Source: an uncultured Solibacteraceae bacterium
GTDB taxonomy: Bacteria > Acidobacteriota > Terriglobia > Bryobacterales > Bryobacteraceae
DNA: 64,000 nt
Assembly: GCA_964515165.1 (NCBI GenBank)
Contig: CAZETQ010000003.1
Coordinates: forward strand, 50,685-114,684
Direction of reading: 5' to 3'
Numbering within the stretch: position 1 is the first letter of the stretch; each line of letters opens with the position of its first letter. Position numbers and translations under genes: made by a program. Shown here piece by piece: positions 34,816 to 44,248 of this stretch. The notes under the pieces were generated by a model, which saw only the letters and a list, made by a program, of their open reading frames with translations, searched no databases and was not told where the DNA came from.

Positions 34816-35712
34816 ATGCGGCTGACGCTGCTCACGATTGCCGCAATTTCCTGGGGACAGGAACAGCTCACCCCGGTCGAGCGGCTGCTCGCCGCCAATC
34901 AACCCAAGCAGGCCCTGGAACAACTGCAGACGCTTGCGCCGTCCTATCGCTGGCACCTGCTGGCCTCGCGAGCCTATGAGGGCCTGGCCGATCCCGCAAG
35001 AGCCGTCGAGCATGCGGAAGCGGCGCTGGCCCTGGATCCCAACGGAGAAGCCGCACACCTTCAGCTGGGCAGCATTTTCCTTCAGCACAACACTCCGGCG
35101 GCGGCGCTCGACATCTTTACCGAGGCGGAACAGATTCTGCCCGGTTCTTTCCTCATCCGCCTGGGCAAGGGGCTGGCGTTGAAGGACCTTCAGCGATACA
35201 ACGACGCTGTCGAGGCACTTCGAAAATGCCTGCAGCAGCAGCCTGCCTCGGCGCTGGCTTTCGATGGGATGGCGACATCCCTGCTGCATAGCCAGCGTTT
35301 TGACGCGCTGATCGACGAGTCGAAAGTCTTCCGGACGCGCAACCCGCAGGATTTTCGGAGCTACTACTTTGAGGCGGCCGGACGTGACGGACTTCGCTTG
35401 CCGGATGACGAAACCCGCCGGCTTCTGACGGACTCCCTCCAGCGGAACTCTCATTTCGCGGCGGCCTACAGTTTGCTGGGGAAAGTGCTTCTGCGGCAGA
35501 ACCTTCCGCAAGAAGCAATCGCGCCGCTGGAGCGCGCCGTTTCTTTACGTCCGGACCATGTTCCTTCCCACATGAATCTCGGAAAGGCCTACCGGCTGGC
35601 AGGACGAGAGAGCGATTCGGCGAAAGAATTTCAGATTGTTCGCGAACTCAATGCAAAGGGGCAGCAGCCGCCGCCGTCTCTCAGCTATCACCGCGGCAAG
35701 CCGCGGAAATGA
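34816..35712 (+). CDS. Tetratricopeptide-repeat protein (secreted)
   Basis: 298 aa. Signal-like N-terminus and repeated 34-residue A/L/Y-rich units (for example AYSLLGKVLLRQNLPQEAIAPLERAVSLRPDH). Confidence 0.75.
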   Translation: MRLTLLTIAAISWGQEQLTPVERLLAANQPKQALEQLQTLAPSYRWHLLASRAYEGLADPARAVEHAEAALALDPNGEAAHLQLGSIFLQHNTPAAALDIFTEAEQILPGSFLIRLGKGLALKDLQRYNDAVEALRKCLQQQPASALAFDGMATSLLHSQRFDALIDESKVFRTRNPQDFRSYYFEAAGRDGLRLPDDETRRLLTDSLQRNSHFAAAYSLLGKVLLRQNLPQEAIAPLERAVSLRPDHVPSHMNLGKAYRLAGRESDSAKEFQIVRELNAKGQQPPPSLSYHRGKPRK

Positions 35713-35719
35713 CCGGCCG

Positions 35720-36580
35720 TCAGGCCAAAGCTTTTCCGTACAAATCCAGCAGCCGTTTCCACGCTTTTTCTGCGTCCGGCTCGTTATAAACACGTGAGTC
35801 GGGAGGGCACCAGCCGTGGGCGCCGGAATAAACTTCGATCTCCGCCGGTAGATTCGCCTTGGCGAACGTTTCCTTCAGCACCGTCTTGTCGTTCGGCGAG
35901 CGGGCGTCATCGTTGGAGGCGATCGCGATCAAGAACTGCGCCTTCGTGGCCGCGGCTTGCAGATGCGGACTGTTCGGCTTGTCCGTCACCAGTCCGCCGC
36001 CGTGAAAGGATGCCACCGCGCCCACTCGATCGGGAACAGCGGCGGCGGTCCGAAAGGCAATGGCGCCGCCCATGCAATAACCCTGTGTGCCCATCTTCCG
36101 ATTCTTCGCGACGGAAGCTTGCTCATCCAGCCACCCGACGAATGCTTTTGCGTCCGTCGTGTGCGTTGTCTCGCTCAGAGCCTGCGCCAGCGGGCGGAGC
36201 TGATCGATGGGCGTGGCCGTTCCGGCCTCCGCCGTGGGAGCTTTCTTCGCCCGGTAGAACTGGTTCACTACCAGAACCGAGTATCCGGATTCGGCCAGGC
36301 GCTTTCCCATTTGCCGGAAGGACGGCCGGAGACCGAAGATATCCGGCCACACTACAACTCCCGGTGCCTTGCCGCTTGCGGGATGGACGAAGTACGCGTC
36401 GGCGGTTCCATCCGGAGTGGGGATGCTTACCTCGGTTTCGGTTACGGCTACCGCGTTGGCAGTCTCCGGCAGCATCATCGCGATACCGGCGCCCAGGGCG
36501 AGGCCGAACCGCTTTCGCGTAACTAAGCCCCGGCGCTCATATTCCTGCCGGTCTCTCTCAAAATGGTCTTGATCGCACAT
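35720..36580 (-). CDS. Dienelactone hydrolase-family protein with Tat-like signal
   Basis: 286 aa. TRKRFGLALGAGIAMMLPETANA signal. GYCMGGAIAF nucleophile elbow and SFHGG motif. Confidence 0.8.
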   Translation of the reverse strand: MCDQDHFERDRQEYERRGLVTRKRFGLALGAGIAMMLPETANAVAVTETEVSIPTPDGTADAYFVHPASGKAPGVVVWPDIFGLRPSFRQMGKRLAESGYSVLVVNQFYRAKKAPTAEAGTATPIDQLRPLAQALSETTHTTDAKAFVGWLDEQASVAKNRKMGTQGYCMGGAIAFRTAAAVPDRVGAVASFHGGGLVTDKPNSPHLQAAATKAQFLIAIASNDDARSPNDKTVLKETFAKANLPAEIEVYSGAHGWCPPDSRVYNEPDAEKAWKRLLDLYGKALA

Positions 36581-36704
36581 AAAAGTTCTTCAACAGGCCT
36601 CAACTTAGACGAGAATTCCCGGGCAATCGTAACTTCGGCGTTCCTTAAAGTTCCTTAGGGATGAGGGAAATATGATATTTTCCACTACAGGAGGATTGCG
36701 AAAA

Positions 36705-37595
36705 ATGGCCGAACGTCCGTCTTGTCACATCCTGCAGCGCCGAACGTTCATGAAAGGCGGAGCAGCCGCCCTCGCCGCTCTCAACAATTTTCCTTACGCC
36801 GCCTACGCCGCGACCACCGCGAAGAATGCCACGGACCGCGTGAAGCTGGGTCCGATGAAGGTGGAGCTGTCTCGCATGGCGCAGGGAAGCGGCACCAATG
36901 GTGTCGGCGGCAGCTCGAACCAGACTCGCAAGCTGGGGATGAAGGGGCTGTCGGACCTGTTTGTCTCGGCTTACAACAATGGAGTCACTTTCTGGGACTC
37001 CGCCGACCAGTACGGCACGCATCCTTATATTAAGGAAGCACTCAAATCCGTTCCCCGGGACAAAGTTCAGATTCTTACCAAAACCCACGCATCCACGGCG
37101 GATGAGATGAAAAAAGATCTCGACCGCTTCCGCCGCGAGCTGGGAACCGACTATATCGACATTCTTTTGCTGCACTGCATGATGGATGGCGATTGGCCTG
37201 CACGGAAAAAGGGAGCGATGGAAGTGATCGGCGAAGCGAGGGAAAAGGGGATTGTGAAAACCCACGGGACCTCCTGCCATACGCTGGAAGCTTTAAAAAC
37301 GGCGGCCCAGACCGACTGGGTCCAGGTAGACCTGGTCCGGTTTAACCCGGTTGGGGTTGCCATGGATTCCGAGCCGCAGACGGTGCTCGGCGTCATGAAG
37401 CAGATGAAGGCGAAAGGAAAGGGTCTGATTGGCATGAAGGTGCTGGGCGCGGGCAAGCTGCGAAGCAAGGCCGACGAAGCCCTGCAGTTTCATCTGGCCC
37501 ACAACGAAATCGATTGCTTCACGATCGGCGCGGAGTCTCGTGCCGAACAGGAAGATCTGATCAAGAAGATCCCGGCCGCGAGTACTCGCGGCTAA
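36705..37595 (+). CDS. Aldo/keto reductase with twin-arginine signal peptide (paralogue of 27553-28437)
   Basis: ATG at 36705 is preceded by GGAGGA (the ORF track starts at 36672). QRRTFMKGGAAALAAL Tat motif, then the AKR core (WDSADQYG ...). Confidence 0.8.
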   Translation: MAERPSCHILQRRTFMKGGAAALAALNNFPYAAYAATTAKNATDRVKLGPMKVELSRMAQGSGTNGVGGSSNQTRKLGMKGLSDLFVSAYNNGVTFWDSADQYGTHPYIKEALKSVPRDKVQILTKTHASTADEMKKDLDRFRRELGTDYIDILLLHCMMDGDWPARKKGAMEVIGEAREKGIVKTHGTSCHTLEALKTAAQTDWVQVDLVRFNPVGVAMDSEPQTVLGVMKQMKAKGKGLIGMKVLGAGKLRSKADEALQFHLAHNEIDCFTIGAESRAEQEDLIKKIPAASTRG

Positions 37596-37640
37596 CAAGA
37601 ACTCGCCGCGCCCACGTGCGGCCTATTAGGAGAAAGGTTC

Positions 37641-38159
37641 ATGAAGAAGACCCTTGTTGTTCTTGCCGTGATTGCGCTGGCTGGCGTAATTTTTGCGCAG
37701 GCTAAAAAGAAATACCCCATCCTCCAGCCGCAGATGACTGTGGAAGGAAGTTCCTACTCGAAACCCATGGGGAAGATTGGTGAAAAGTCTTCCGATCCAT
37801 GGACTGCCACCACTATGGGAGCCTCGGTGGACGGAAAGCCCCTCACCGGCAAGCCCACGACCCTAGTGGGGGAAATCGTTGATTTCTCCTGCTACCTCCA
37901 GGTTGGCAAGCACGGTGAGAAGCACCGTTCCTGCGGTCAGAAGTGCGTCCAGACCGGCCAGCCGGTCGGCCTGCTGACGGAAGACGGCAGCTTGTACATG
38001 TTGATGGAGGAGGAGCACGATCCTCGCCGCGACGGTCAAACCAGCGATTTCCGGAAGGAAGCAGCCAACCACTTGGCCCACATCATGGAAGTCAGCGGCA
38101 CTCTCACGTCGCATGCCGGCTACAACGCTCTCTACGTCCAGGGATTCGTGAAAAAATAG
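37641..38159 (+). CDS. Secreted hypothetical protein (three-Cys motif)
   Basis: 172 aa. Signal peptide MKKTLVVLAVIALAGVIFAQA. Motif CYLQVGKHGEKHRSCGQKC. No family recognised. Confidence 0.5.
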   Translation: MKKTLVVLAVIALAGVIFAQAKKKYPILQPQMTVEGSSYSKPMGKIGEKSSDPWTATTMGASVDGKPLTGKPTTLVGEIVDFSCYLQVGKHGEKHRSCGQKCVQTGQPVGLLTEDGSLYMLMEEEHDPRRDGQTSDFRKEAANHLAHIMEVSGTLTSHAGYNALYVQGFVKK

Positions 38160-38192
38160 TTTTTTACATTTCGTCAGGAGAGAGACCGTCCC

Positions 38193-39209
38193 ATGAAGAA
38201 GTTCGTAGCGGGGCTGGCGCTAGGTGCGCCGGCCCTTCTCGTTTTAGCTGCCGCCGAGCGTCCCGCCGCCCCCCCGAAGGTTCCCCTGGGATTGCTACCG
38301 ATTCAGTTTCCGAAAGACAATCCGTACTCGCCGGAGAAAGCGGAATTAGGCCGCTTGCTGTATTTCGATAAGCGCCTGTCCGTGGATGGCACCGTGTCGT
38401 GCGCTACCTGCCACGATCCGAAACGCGCCTTCACGGATAATTTGCCCGTCTCCGTCGGCATTCGTGGCCAGAAGGGCGGACGCAGCGCTCCCACGGTCAT
38501 TAACCGCGCCTATTCGCTGGCCCAGTTCTGGGATGGCCGGGCGAAGTCTCTGGAAGACCAAGCCGTCGGCCCGATGGCTAATCCCATCGAGATGGGGCAT
38601 ACCCATGACGCGATCATCGCGAACTTGAACAAGGTTCCCGGCTACCAGAAGCTTTTCAAGCAGGTGTTCGACCACGAGGCCTGTGACCTCGATATGGTGG
38701 CCAAGGCAATCGCCACGTTCGAAAGAACGGTCCTGTCCGGCAATTCGCCCTACGACAAGTACAAGGCGGGAAATAAGTCGGCGATGACGCCATCCCAGGT
38801 CCGCGGCATGGATGTCTACTTCAACAAGGCGAAGTGCGACCAGTGCCACGAAGGGATCAATTTCACCACCAACGCCTATCACAACCTCGGCGTCGGCACG
38901 GACCAGCCGAAGCCAGATCCGGGACGGCACGATTTCACGCACAATGAAGCCGACTGGGGAGCCTTCAAGACTCCTACCTTGCGCGAAATTGCGCGCACGG
39001 CCCCCTATATGCACGACGGCTCTTTGAAGACACTCGAAGAAGTCGTTGAGTTCTACGACAAGGGCGGCATCAAGAACAAGAATCTCGACGAGAAGATGAA
39101 ACCTCTGAACCTGACAGATCAAGATAAGCAGGATCTCGTCGAGTTCATGAAGGCGCTCAACGGCGAAGGCTGGCAGCAGATTACCGCTCCGCTGGTATTT
39201 CCGCAATAA
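38193..39209 (+). CDS. Di-haem cytochrome c peroxidase (CCP/MauG family)
   Basis: 338 aa. CATCH and CDQCH haem motifs, plus PTLREIARTAPYMHDGS, which is typical of bacterial CCP. Confidence 0.9.
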   Translation: MKKFVAGLALGAPALLVLAAAERPAAPPKVPLGLLPIQFPKDNPYSPEKAELGRLLYFDKRLSVDGTVSCATCHDPKRAFTDNLPVSVGIRGQKGGRSAPTVINRAYSLAQFWDGRAKSLEDQAVGPMANPIEMGHTHDAIIANLNKVPGYQKLFKQVFDHEACDLDMVAKAIATFERTVLSGNSPYDKYKAGNKSAMTPSQVRGMDVYFNKAKCDQCHEGINFTTNAYHNLGVGTDQPKPDPGRHDFTHNEADWGAFKTPTLREIARTAPYMHDGSLKTLEEVVEFYDKGGIKNKNLDEKMKPLNLTDQDKQDLVEFMKALNGEGWQQITAPLVFPQ

Positions 39210-39219
39210 TCGAGTTTTC

Positions 39220-40173
39220 GTGATCCAACGCAGAACCTTACTCGGAGCCGCGGCGCTGTCGCTGGCGGGATGTACACGGAATCGCAAGAAGCAGATTGCG
39301 CTCGTTCCCAAGGGGCGGGCGCATATGTTCTGGCGCTCGGTGAACGCCGGTGCCGTCAAGGCCGCTCGGGAGAACGATCTCGAAGTGGTATGGAACGGAC
39401 CCGACACGGAAACCGACTACAACGGCCAGCTGCGTATCGTCGATGCGATGATCAATCGCCGGGTGGATGCTATTTGTCTCGCCCCGATCGACAAGAAAGT
39501 CATGGTCAGCGTTGTGGAGCGCGCAGCCCAGCAGAAGATTCCGGTGGTGATCTTCGACTCCGGAATCGAAACTGAGAAGTTTGTTTCTCAGGTGGCAACC
39601 GACAATTACGGCGCCGGTGCGCTGGGTGCGGAGCGCATGGGAAAAATTCTGAACGGCAAAGGTACCGTCGTGATTGTCGCCGTGCAGCCCGGCGGCGAAT
39701 CGACGATGCAGCGGGAGCAGGGGTTCGAAGACAAAATCGCCAAGGACTTCCCGGGGATCAAGATTGTCGACAAGCGCTACGGAATGGCGGACTTCGCCAA
39801 ATCACGCACTGTCGCCGAGAACATGCTGACGGCGTTTCCCAAGCTCGACGGACTTTTCGCGTCGAACGAATCGAGCGCGGTTGGCGCGGCTCAGGCTCTC
39901 AAAGGCCGCTCCGGAACAGTCAAAATGGTCGGTTTCGATTGGAGTCCCGTTCTCGCCGAAGACCTGAAAAGCGGGCTGGTCGACTCCTTAGTTGTCCAGA
40001 ATCCCTTTGAGATGGGCTACCAGAGCGTCATCGCCGCCAACAAAGCGTTGAAGGGCGAGGCCGTGGAAAAAATCCACAACCTCGCCCCACGCCTGGTCAC
40101 GAAGGAAGACTTGGACAAACCCGACGTCCAGGAACAGCTCAACCCGGACTTAAGCAAGTATTTGGAAAGCTAG
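39220..40173 (+). CDS. Sugar-type periplasmic substrate-binding lipoprotein (type-1 PBP, RbsB-like), orphan
   Basis: 317 aa. Lipobox LSLAGC. Pattern VDAICLAPID..IPVVIFDS..VATDNY typical of ribose-type binding proteins. No permease or ATPase gene adjacent. Confidence 0.8.
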   Translation: MIQRRTLLGAAALSLAGCTRNRKKQIALVPKGRAHMFWRSVNAGAVKAARENDLEVVWNGPDTETDYNGQLRIVDAMINRRVDAICLAPIDKKVMVSVVERAAQQKIPVVIFDSGIETEKFVSQVATDNYGAGALGAERMGKILNGKGTVVIVAVQPGGESTMQREQGFEDKIAKDFPGIKIVDKRYGMADFAKSRTVAENMLTAFPKLDGLFASNESSAVGAAQALKGRSGTVKMVGFDWSPVLAEDLKSGLVDSLVVQNPFEMGYQSVIAANKALKGEAVEKIHNLAPRLVTKEDLDKPDVQEQLNPDLSKYLES

Positions 40174-42320
40174 TTGGGGTTGGAGATCGCCGGGTAGCGC
40201 ACCACTGTGAAATTCAACAGTTTCACGGTGTCGGTGCCCGGAGTCGATACCGCCCCATTGAAGCCCACGCTGAACGCGGATGAAGGAATTCCTTCCGCCA
40301 TCCCGCCTGCCGTCGTCAGCGTGAAGACGCCCGTACCGTACGCTTGGGAGCCCCAGACAACGCCTCCTCCGTGGATTGCTCCGTCGGAACGCCCCACGAC
40401 CAGTGTTTCCGCCTTGTCGACGTTCCGGGAGATCAGCGTTGCCTGTCCAAAAGCGACGCCGAAATTCCAGTTCGACGATGTGCCGGTGTGCTGGTAGTTG
40501 AAATGAACTTCCACCCGGTCGCCGGCATTCAGGAAGTTCGCCGGGATCTGGCAGCTGCCCAACAGGCCGCTCGACGAGGTGGACGATCCTGCCGAACTGC
40601 ACAGGACCTGCGGTTGGGTGTGCGTCTGGCCGGCGTCCACGGTTTTCCGGGCCTGCTGCGCGGTGTTGAACCACATGTCGCCGTTCTGCCGATTCACTGG
40701 ATCCGCCGCCGTTCCCGGATCCCGGAAACCGGCTGACTGATCGGTGGTGCGAGTCTCGAATCCTTTCACTCGCAGCGCGCCGTCCGCACTGACCGAAGCG
40801 AGATCCTGGCCGTCGGCGGCGACCCATCGCTGCAGAGCCGTGGCGCCTTGGCCCGCGCCGGCGCGAACCACCACGGAAGTCACACCGCTGAGATCGGTGG
40901 AGTTCCAGAAGTAGCCCGTCGCCAGTGGCTGATTGTTGCCCACGCTGAGCCGCCTCGTTGCGGCGTCGAAAGTGAAGGCCTCGGGATGCTGGGCCAGATT
41001 GCCGGCGCCATCCACAAACGGAATGGCTCCCTGCTGAAAGCCGGTGAACAGGCAGGTGTTCCAAACCGCGTCCGAGCCATTCGACATCAGGCAGCGATTT
41101 GCCGCCCCGATCGGCAGCCGCGACCACTTTCCGGGAGAACCCTGGGCGACGATCACATCGCCGCGTACGGGAGTGCCGGGATTTGTATCCCCGTGCTCCG
41201 TATTCAGCAAACCGTGCGGTGCCGGGGTTCGCGCATTCGTGTTCCGCGGATCGGAATCGGTGACAAACCGGTTGGATGGCGAAGGGAATCCCGACGTGCC
41301 TGCCATCGCGGCCTTCTCCTGCGCCGTCGGATCGTTGACATTGGAGTGGGTCGGATACGCCAGCGCAACCTTTGATTCGGAAATGGCTGCGGAGGCAGAG
41401 ATATTGATATCGCTGATGACGCCGTTGGCAATCTGCGGAGTCGGATAGAAACCGGTCAGATGTCCGCCGGCAGCGCCTGCCAGGGCCACCAGCGAGGGCA
41501 GGCGATAAGAAACGGTCAACAGGTCACCCGTGCGCGGGACCGAAGCGGACGCGAAGGTGAGAATGTTGGCGGCCAGGTTATAGTCCACCGACAACCGCTG
41601 CAACAGCCCGTTCTTGTAAACGGCAAGGCTGCTTGCGGGCGAAGGCGCATTGGCAAGGGTGAACACGGTATTGGTGCCGTTCACGGTACCCGCCGGAACT
41701 TCATTGTCCGCAAAGCCGGGACCGCCGCCGGGCTCGCAGGAAACCGTGCTGCCGTCCACCCGGATACAATCCGTGACGTTGCCATTCGCTCCGTCGACGG
41801 CGCCGGTGGAGTTGATCACGGCGACGCGGCCGTTGATAAAGCCGGAGCCTTTCAACGGACGGTTGTTCAGCTCGGACTGCAGGCCCGTCACATCCGAGAT
41901 GCCGACGCTGGTGGCAGGGCTCGAGGTCCCACCCCCGGCCGCCGACCCAGGAGCTCCCGGCAAGCGAACATCGCGCAGCGCGAGCGGAGACAGGCTGGGC
42001 GGAACCGACCAGTACTCCGTGAACTGAATCTTTCCATCGCTATTGAACTTCACTTGATAAAAGGCGCCATTCGATGCATTGGTGGTGGGCGTCAGCGCCA
42101 CTCGCAGATCGCCTCCGGCGACGCGGACAACGATCGACTGCATCGGAATGCTGGCCCCGTTGGAAGCGTTAAACGACTTCCATTCGACAAAGGCATAACC
42201 ATCAAAGCGAGTGCCATCCGCCTTGTACAGGGTGTCTTGAATGGTTGTTAACGGTGGTTGAGCGGAGACCGTTCCCAGCGATACGGCGGCTGCCAGGGCG
42301 ATCCATCGAAAATCAGGCAT
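40170..42320 (-). CDS. Large secreted protein with phage-tail-fibre-like sequence motifs
   Basis: ATG at 42320 (GGAGGAAG 8 nt upstream) gives MPDFRWIALAAAVSLGTVSAQ. Motifs ISDVTGLQSELNNR, GTNTVFTLANAPSPASSLAVYKNGLLQRLSVDYNL and EKAAMAGTSGFPSPSNRFVTDSDPRNTNARTP resemble tail-fibre proteins. This rests on recollection, not on a search. Confidence 0.6.
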   Translation of the reverse strand: MPDFRWIALAAAVSLGTVSAQPPLTTIQDTLYKADGTRFDGYAFVEWKSFNASNGASIPMQSIVVRVAGGDLRVALTPTTNASNGAFYQVKFNSDGKIQFTEYWSVPPSLSPLALRDVRLPGAPGSAAGGGTSSPATSVGISDVTGLQSELNNRPLKGSGFINGRVAVINSTGAVDGANGNVTDCIRVDGSTVSCEPGGGPGFADNEVPAGTVNGTNTVFTLANAPSPASSLAVYKNGLLQRLSVDYNLAANILTFASASVPRTGDLLTVSYRLPSLVALAGAAGGHLTGFYPTPQIANGVISDINISASAAISESKVALAYPTHSNVNDPTAQEKAAMAGTSGFPSPSNRFVTDSDPRNTNARTPAPHGLLNTEHGDTNPGTPVRGDVIVAQGSPGKWSRLPIGAANRCLMSNGSDAVWNTCLFTGFQQGAIPFVDGAGNLAQHPEAFTFDAATRRLSVGNNQPLATGYFWNSTDLSGVTSVVVRAGAGQGATALQRWVAADGQDLASVSADGALRVKGFETRTTDQSAGFRDPGTAADPVNRQNGDMWFNTAQQARKTVDAGQTHTQPQVLCSSAGSSTSSSGLLGSCQIPANFLNAGDRVEVHFNYQHTGTSSNWNFGVAFGQATLISRNVDKAETLVVGRSDGAIHGGGVVWGSQAYGTGVFTLTTAGGMAEGIPSSAFSVGFNGAVSTPGTDTVKLLNFTVVRYPAISNPN

Positions 42321-42512
42321 GAAGAGTCTTCCTCCGGCCATGAAAGTAGCCGGAAGGATCCATTCATCTGTGCGCCGATTTTTCGGAAGGTGATGAATTC
42401 AAAAAGAAAATAAATGTATTTTCACGGAACTGGAGCGGGTTTGGGGTTCCGAAAAAGCGCCTTCGGGGCTACAATGCACCAAATACGGACGGATTCCGCG
42501 GAGGAGGTTCAT

Positions 42513-42953
42513 ATGGCGGAGACTCTCGGTTCGATTTTAAAAACCAAGGGACGGAAGGTCTGGTCGGTGAGTCCGGAGGCGACGGTCTACGAGGCGATCG
42601 CCGGTATGGCGGACAAATCAGCGGGTGCGCTGGTCGTGATGCGGGAAGGCCGCATCGTCGGCATGATCTCCGAGCGGGACTATGCTCGAAAAGTGGTTCT
42701 CCAGGGACGTTCTTCGAAGGACACCCGCGTATCTGAAATTATGAGCGCTCCGGCCATCGTGGCGAGTCCCGGGGAAACCATTGATGAAGCCATGCTCCGG
42801 ATGACGCAGCATCGCATCCGGCACCTCCCGGTGGTGGAAAACGATCAGGTGATTGGCGTGATCTCGATTGGGGATCTGGTGCGGGCAACGGTAGCTGACC
42901 AGGCGGCCACGATCGAACACTTGCACACCTACATTGCTGGAATGGGTCGCTAG
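42513..42953 (+). CDS. CBS-domain pair protein
   Basis: ATG at 42513 is preceded by GGAGGAGG. Two CBS repeats (..GALVVMREGRIVGMISERD.. and ..IRHLPVVENDQVIGVISIGD..). Confidence 0.8.
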   Translation: MAETLGSILKTKGRKVWSVSPEATVYEAIAGMADKSAGALVVMREGRIVGMISERDYARKVVLQGRSSKDTRVSEIMSAPAIVASPGETIDEAMLRMTQHRIRHLPVVENDQVIGVISIGDLVRATVADQAATIEHLHTYIAGMGR

Positions 42954-42986
42954 GTCGGGTTGGTAGCTCGCGATATAGTAAACGCC

Positions 42987-43427
42987 ATGCGCAAAACCCT
43001 GATCCTCGCTTGCCTGGGTGCAGTCGGAGCCGTGACCCTCGGCGCGGGCGAGAAAGCTCTGATGCATTGTTTCGCGTTCACGGTCATCGACTCCGCTTCT
43101 CCGGCCGAATGGGAGGCATTCAATAAAGCTACGGATGCTCTGCCGGAAAAAATTCCGGGAATCAAGAGAGTTTGGCGGGGACAGCTTCGCGCTCCACTCC
43201 AGATTTTCAACACCGACGCGGAGACGCGGAAGAAGGTAGCCGCCGGCGAAGAGAAAGTCTCCGGCCCGGTGACACGTCTGCTTCGCAAATCCGGCGTCTG
43301 CATGGAGATGACGGACGAAGAAACGCTGAAGTCTTATGCCGGCCACGCCTATCACAAGGAATGGTTGAGCGCGTACGAAAAGGTACGAGTTGCCGGCACG
43401 ACGACGTTCGACATCCTCGCTCAGTAG
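42987..43427 (+). CDS. Secreted Dabb (stress-responsive alpha/beta-barrel) domain protein
   Basis: Signal peptide MRKTLILACLGAVGAVTLGA from ATG 42987. HCFAFTV...IPGIKRVWRG fits the Dabb fold pattern. Moderate certainty. Confidence 0.55.
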   Translation: MRKTLILACLGAVGAVTLGAGEKALMHCFAFTVIDSASPAEWEAFNKATDALPEKIPGIKRVWRGQLRAPLQIFNTDAETRKKVAAGEEKVSGPVTRLLRKSGVCMEMTDEETLKSYAGHAYHKEWLSAYEKVRVAGTTTFDILAQ

Positions 43428-43431
43428 CTAG

Positions 43432-44016
43432 TTACCGGGCCAGTCCCAGACGCCAGAGCCAATACCCCGCCGATTGCCGGATGTAGAGTTTCGCACGGCG
43501 GGTGACGCTTTCGGGTGCGCCGTGCCGGGGTGAACCGTAGGTGCGGACGCCGCGATGCTCCAGCATGCTCTTGGCCCGGAAGATGTGATAGCCATCGCTA
43601 ACGACGATGCAGGTTTTCAGGTTCATCCGGTCCAGGATTTCGGCCGACGCGGCGATGGATTGTAGCGTGGAGGTGCCTTCGGTTTCGAGAAGGATGTCCT
43701 GGGCGGGTACGCCGTTCTTTACCAGGTAGTCGCGGGCGGCCTCCGCTTCGGTAAACCGGGAACTCTCGCTGGCACCACCGGTGACGAGAAACATCGGAGC
43801 CAGCCTGCGGTGATACAACTCCAGTGCATGGTCCAGGCGCAACTTCAGCACCGGCGACGGCTTGCCGAGGTATTCGGCGGCGCCGAGGACCAGAATGGCA
43901 TCTGCCCGCCGTGCCTCGTCGCGTTCGGACTGCTCCGCAATCTCCCATGCCGTCCAGCCGAGGACGGACACCGCAAGGAGAAGGAACAACCCCGCGGCAG
44001 CAAACCATCGCGTCAT
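43432..44016 (-). CDS. YdcF/ElyC/SanA-family (DUF218) protein
   Basis: TM anchor, then DAILVLGAAEY, LVTGG and VVSDGYHIFRA motifs. Start is ATG 44016 (the ORF track gives 44064). Confidence 0.7.
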   Translation of the reverse strand: MTRWFAAAGLFLLLAVSVLGWTAWEIAEQSERDEARRADAILVLGAAEYLGKPSPVLKLRLDHALELYHRRLAPMFLVTGGASESSRFTEAEAARDYLVKNGVPAQDILLETEGTSTLQSIAASAEILDRMNLKTCIVVSDGYHIFRAKSMLEHRGVRTYGSPRHGAPESVTRRAKLYIRQSAGYWLWRLGLAR

Positions 44017-44248
44017 TGAAAGGAACCTAAATTCTAACGGAGAAATTCTTGAGTCATCCTCCACTGGACAGCATGGAAGGTTCGACTGTTGTTTACATGA
44101 TCCTGGGAATGTTGACCGTCGCTTCTGTTTACATCATGGCGCGGTGCGCGGAAATGGCTCGCCTGGTTCGCCGCGAGATCCGGCACGAGGGGCGGCGTCC
44201 CCGCTAAATCTGGTCTGCGGGCCGGGTGCTACTCTCAAGCAAGCACTC

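Noticed and set aside
40170-42341. Prophage or tailocin region around the tail-fibre-like gene
   Set aside because: The flanking genes are a peroxidase operon and a CBS-domain gene. No other phage-type genes, att-like repeats or integrase are present.
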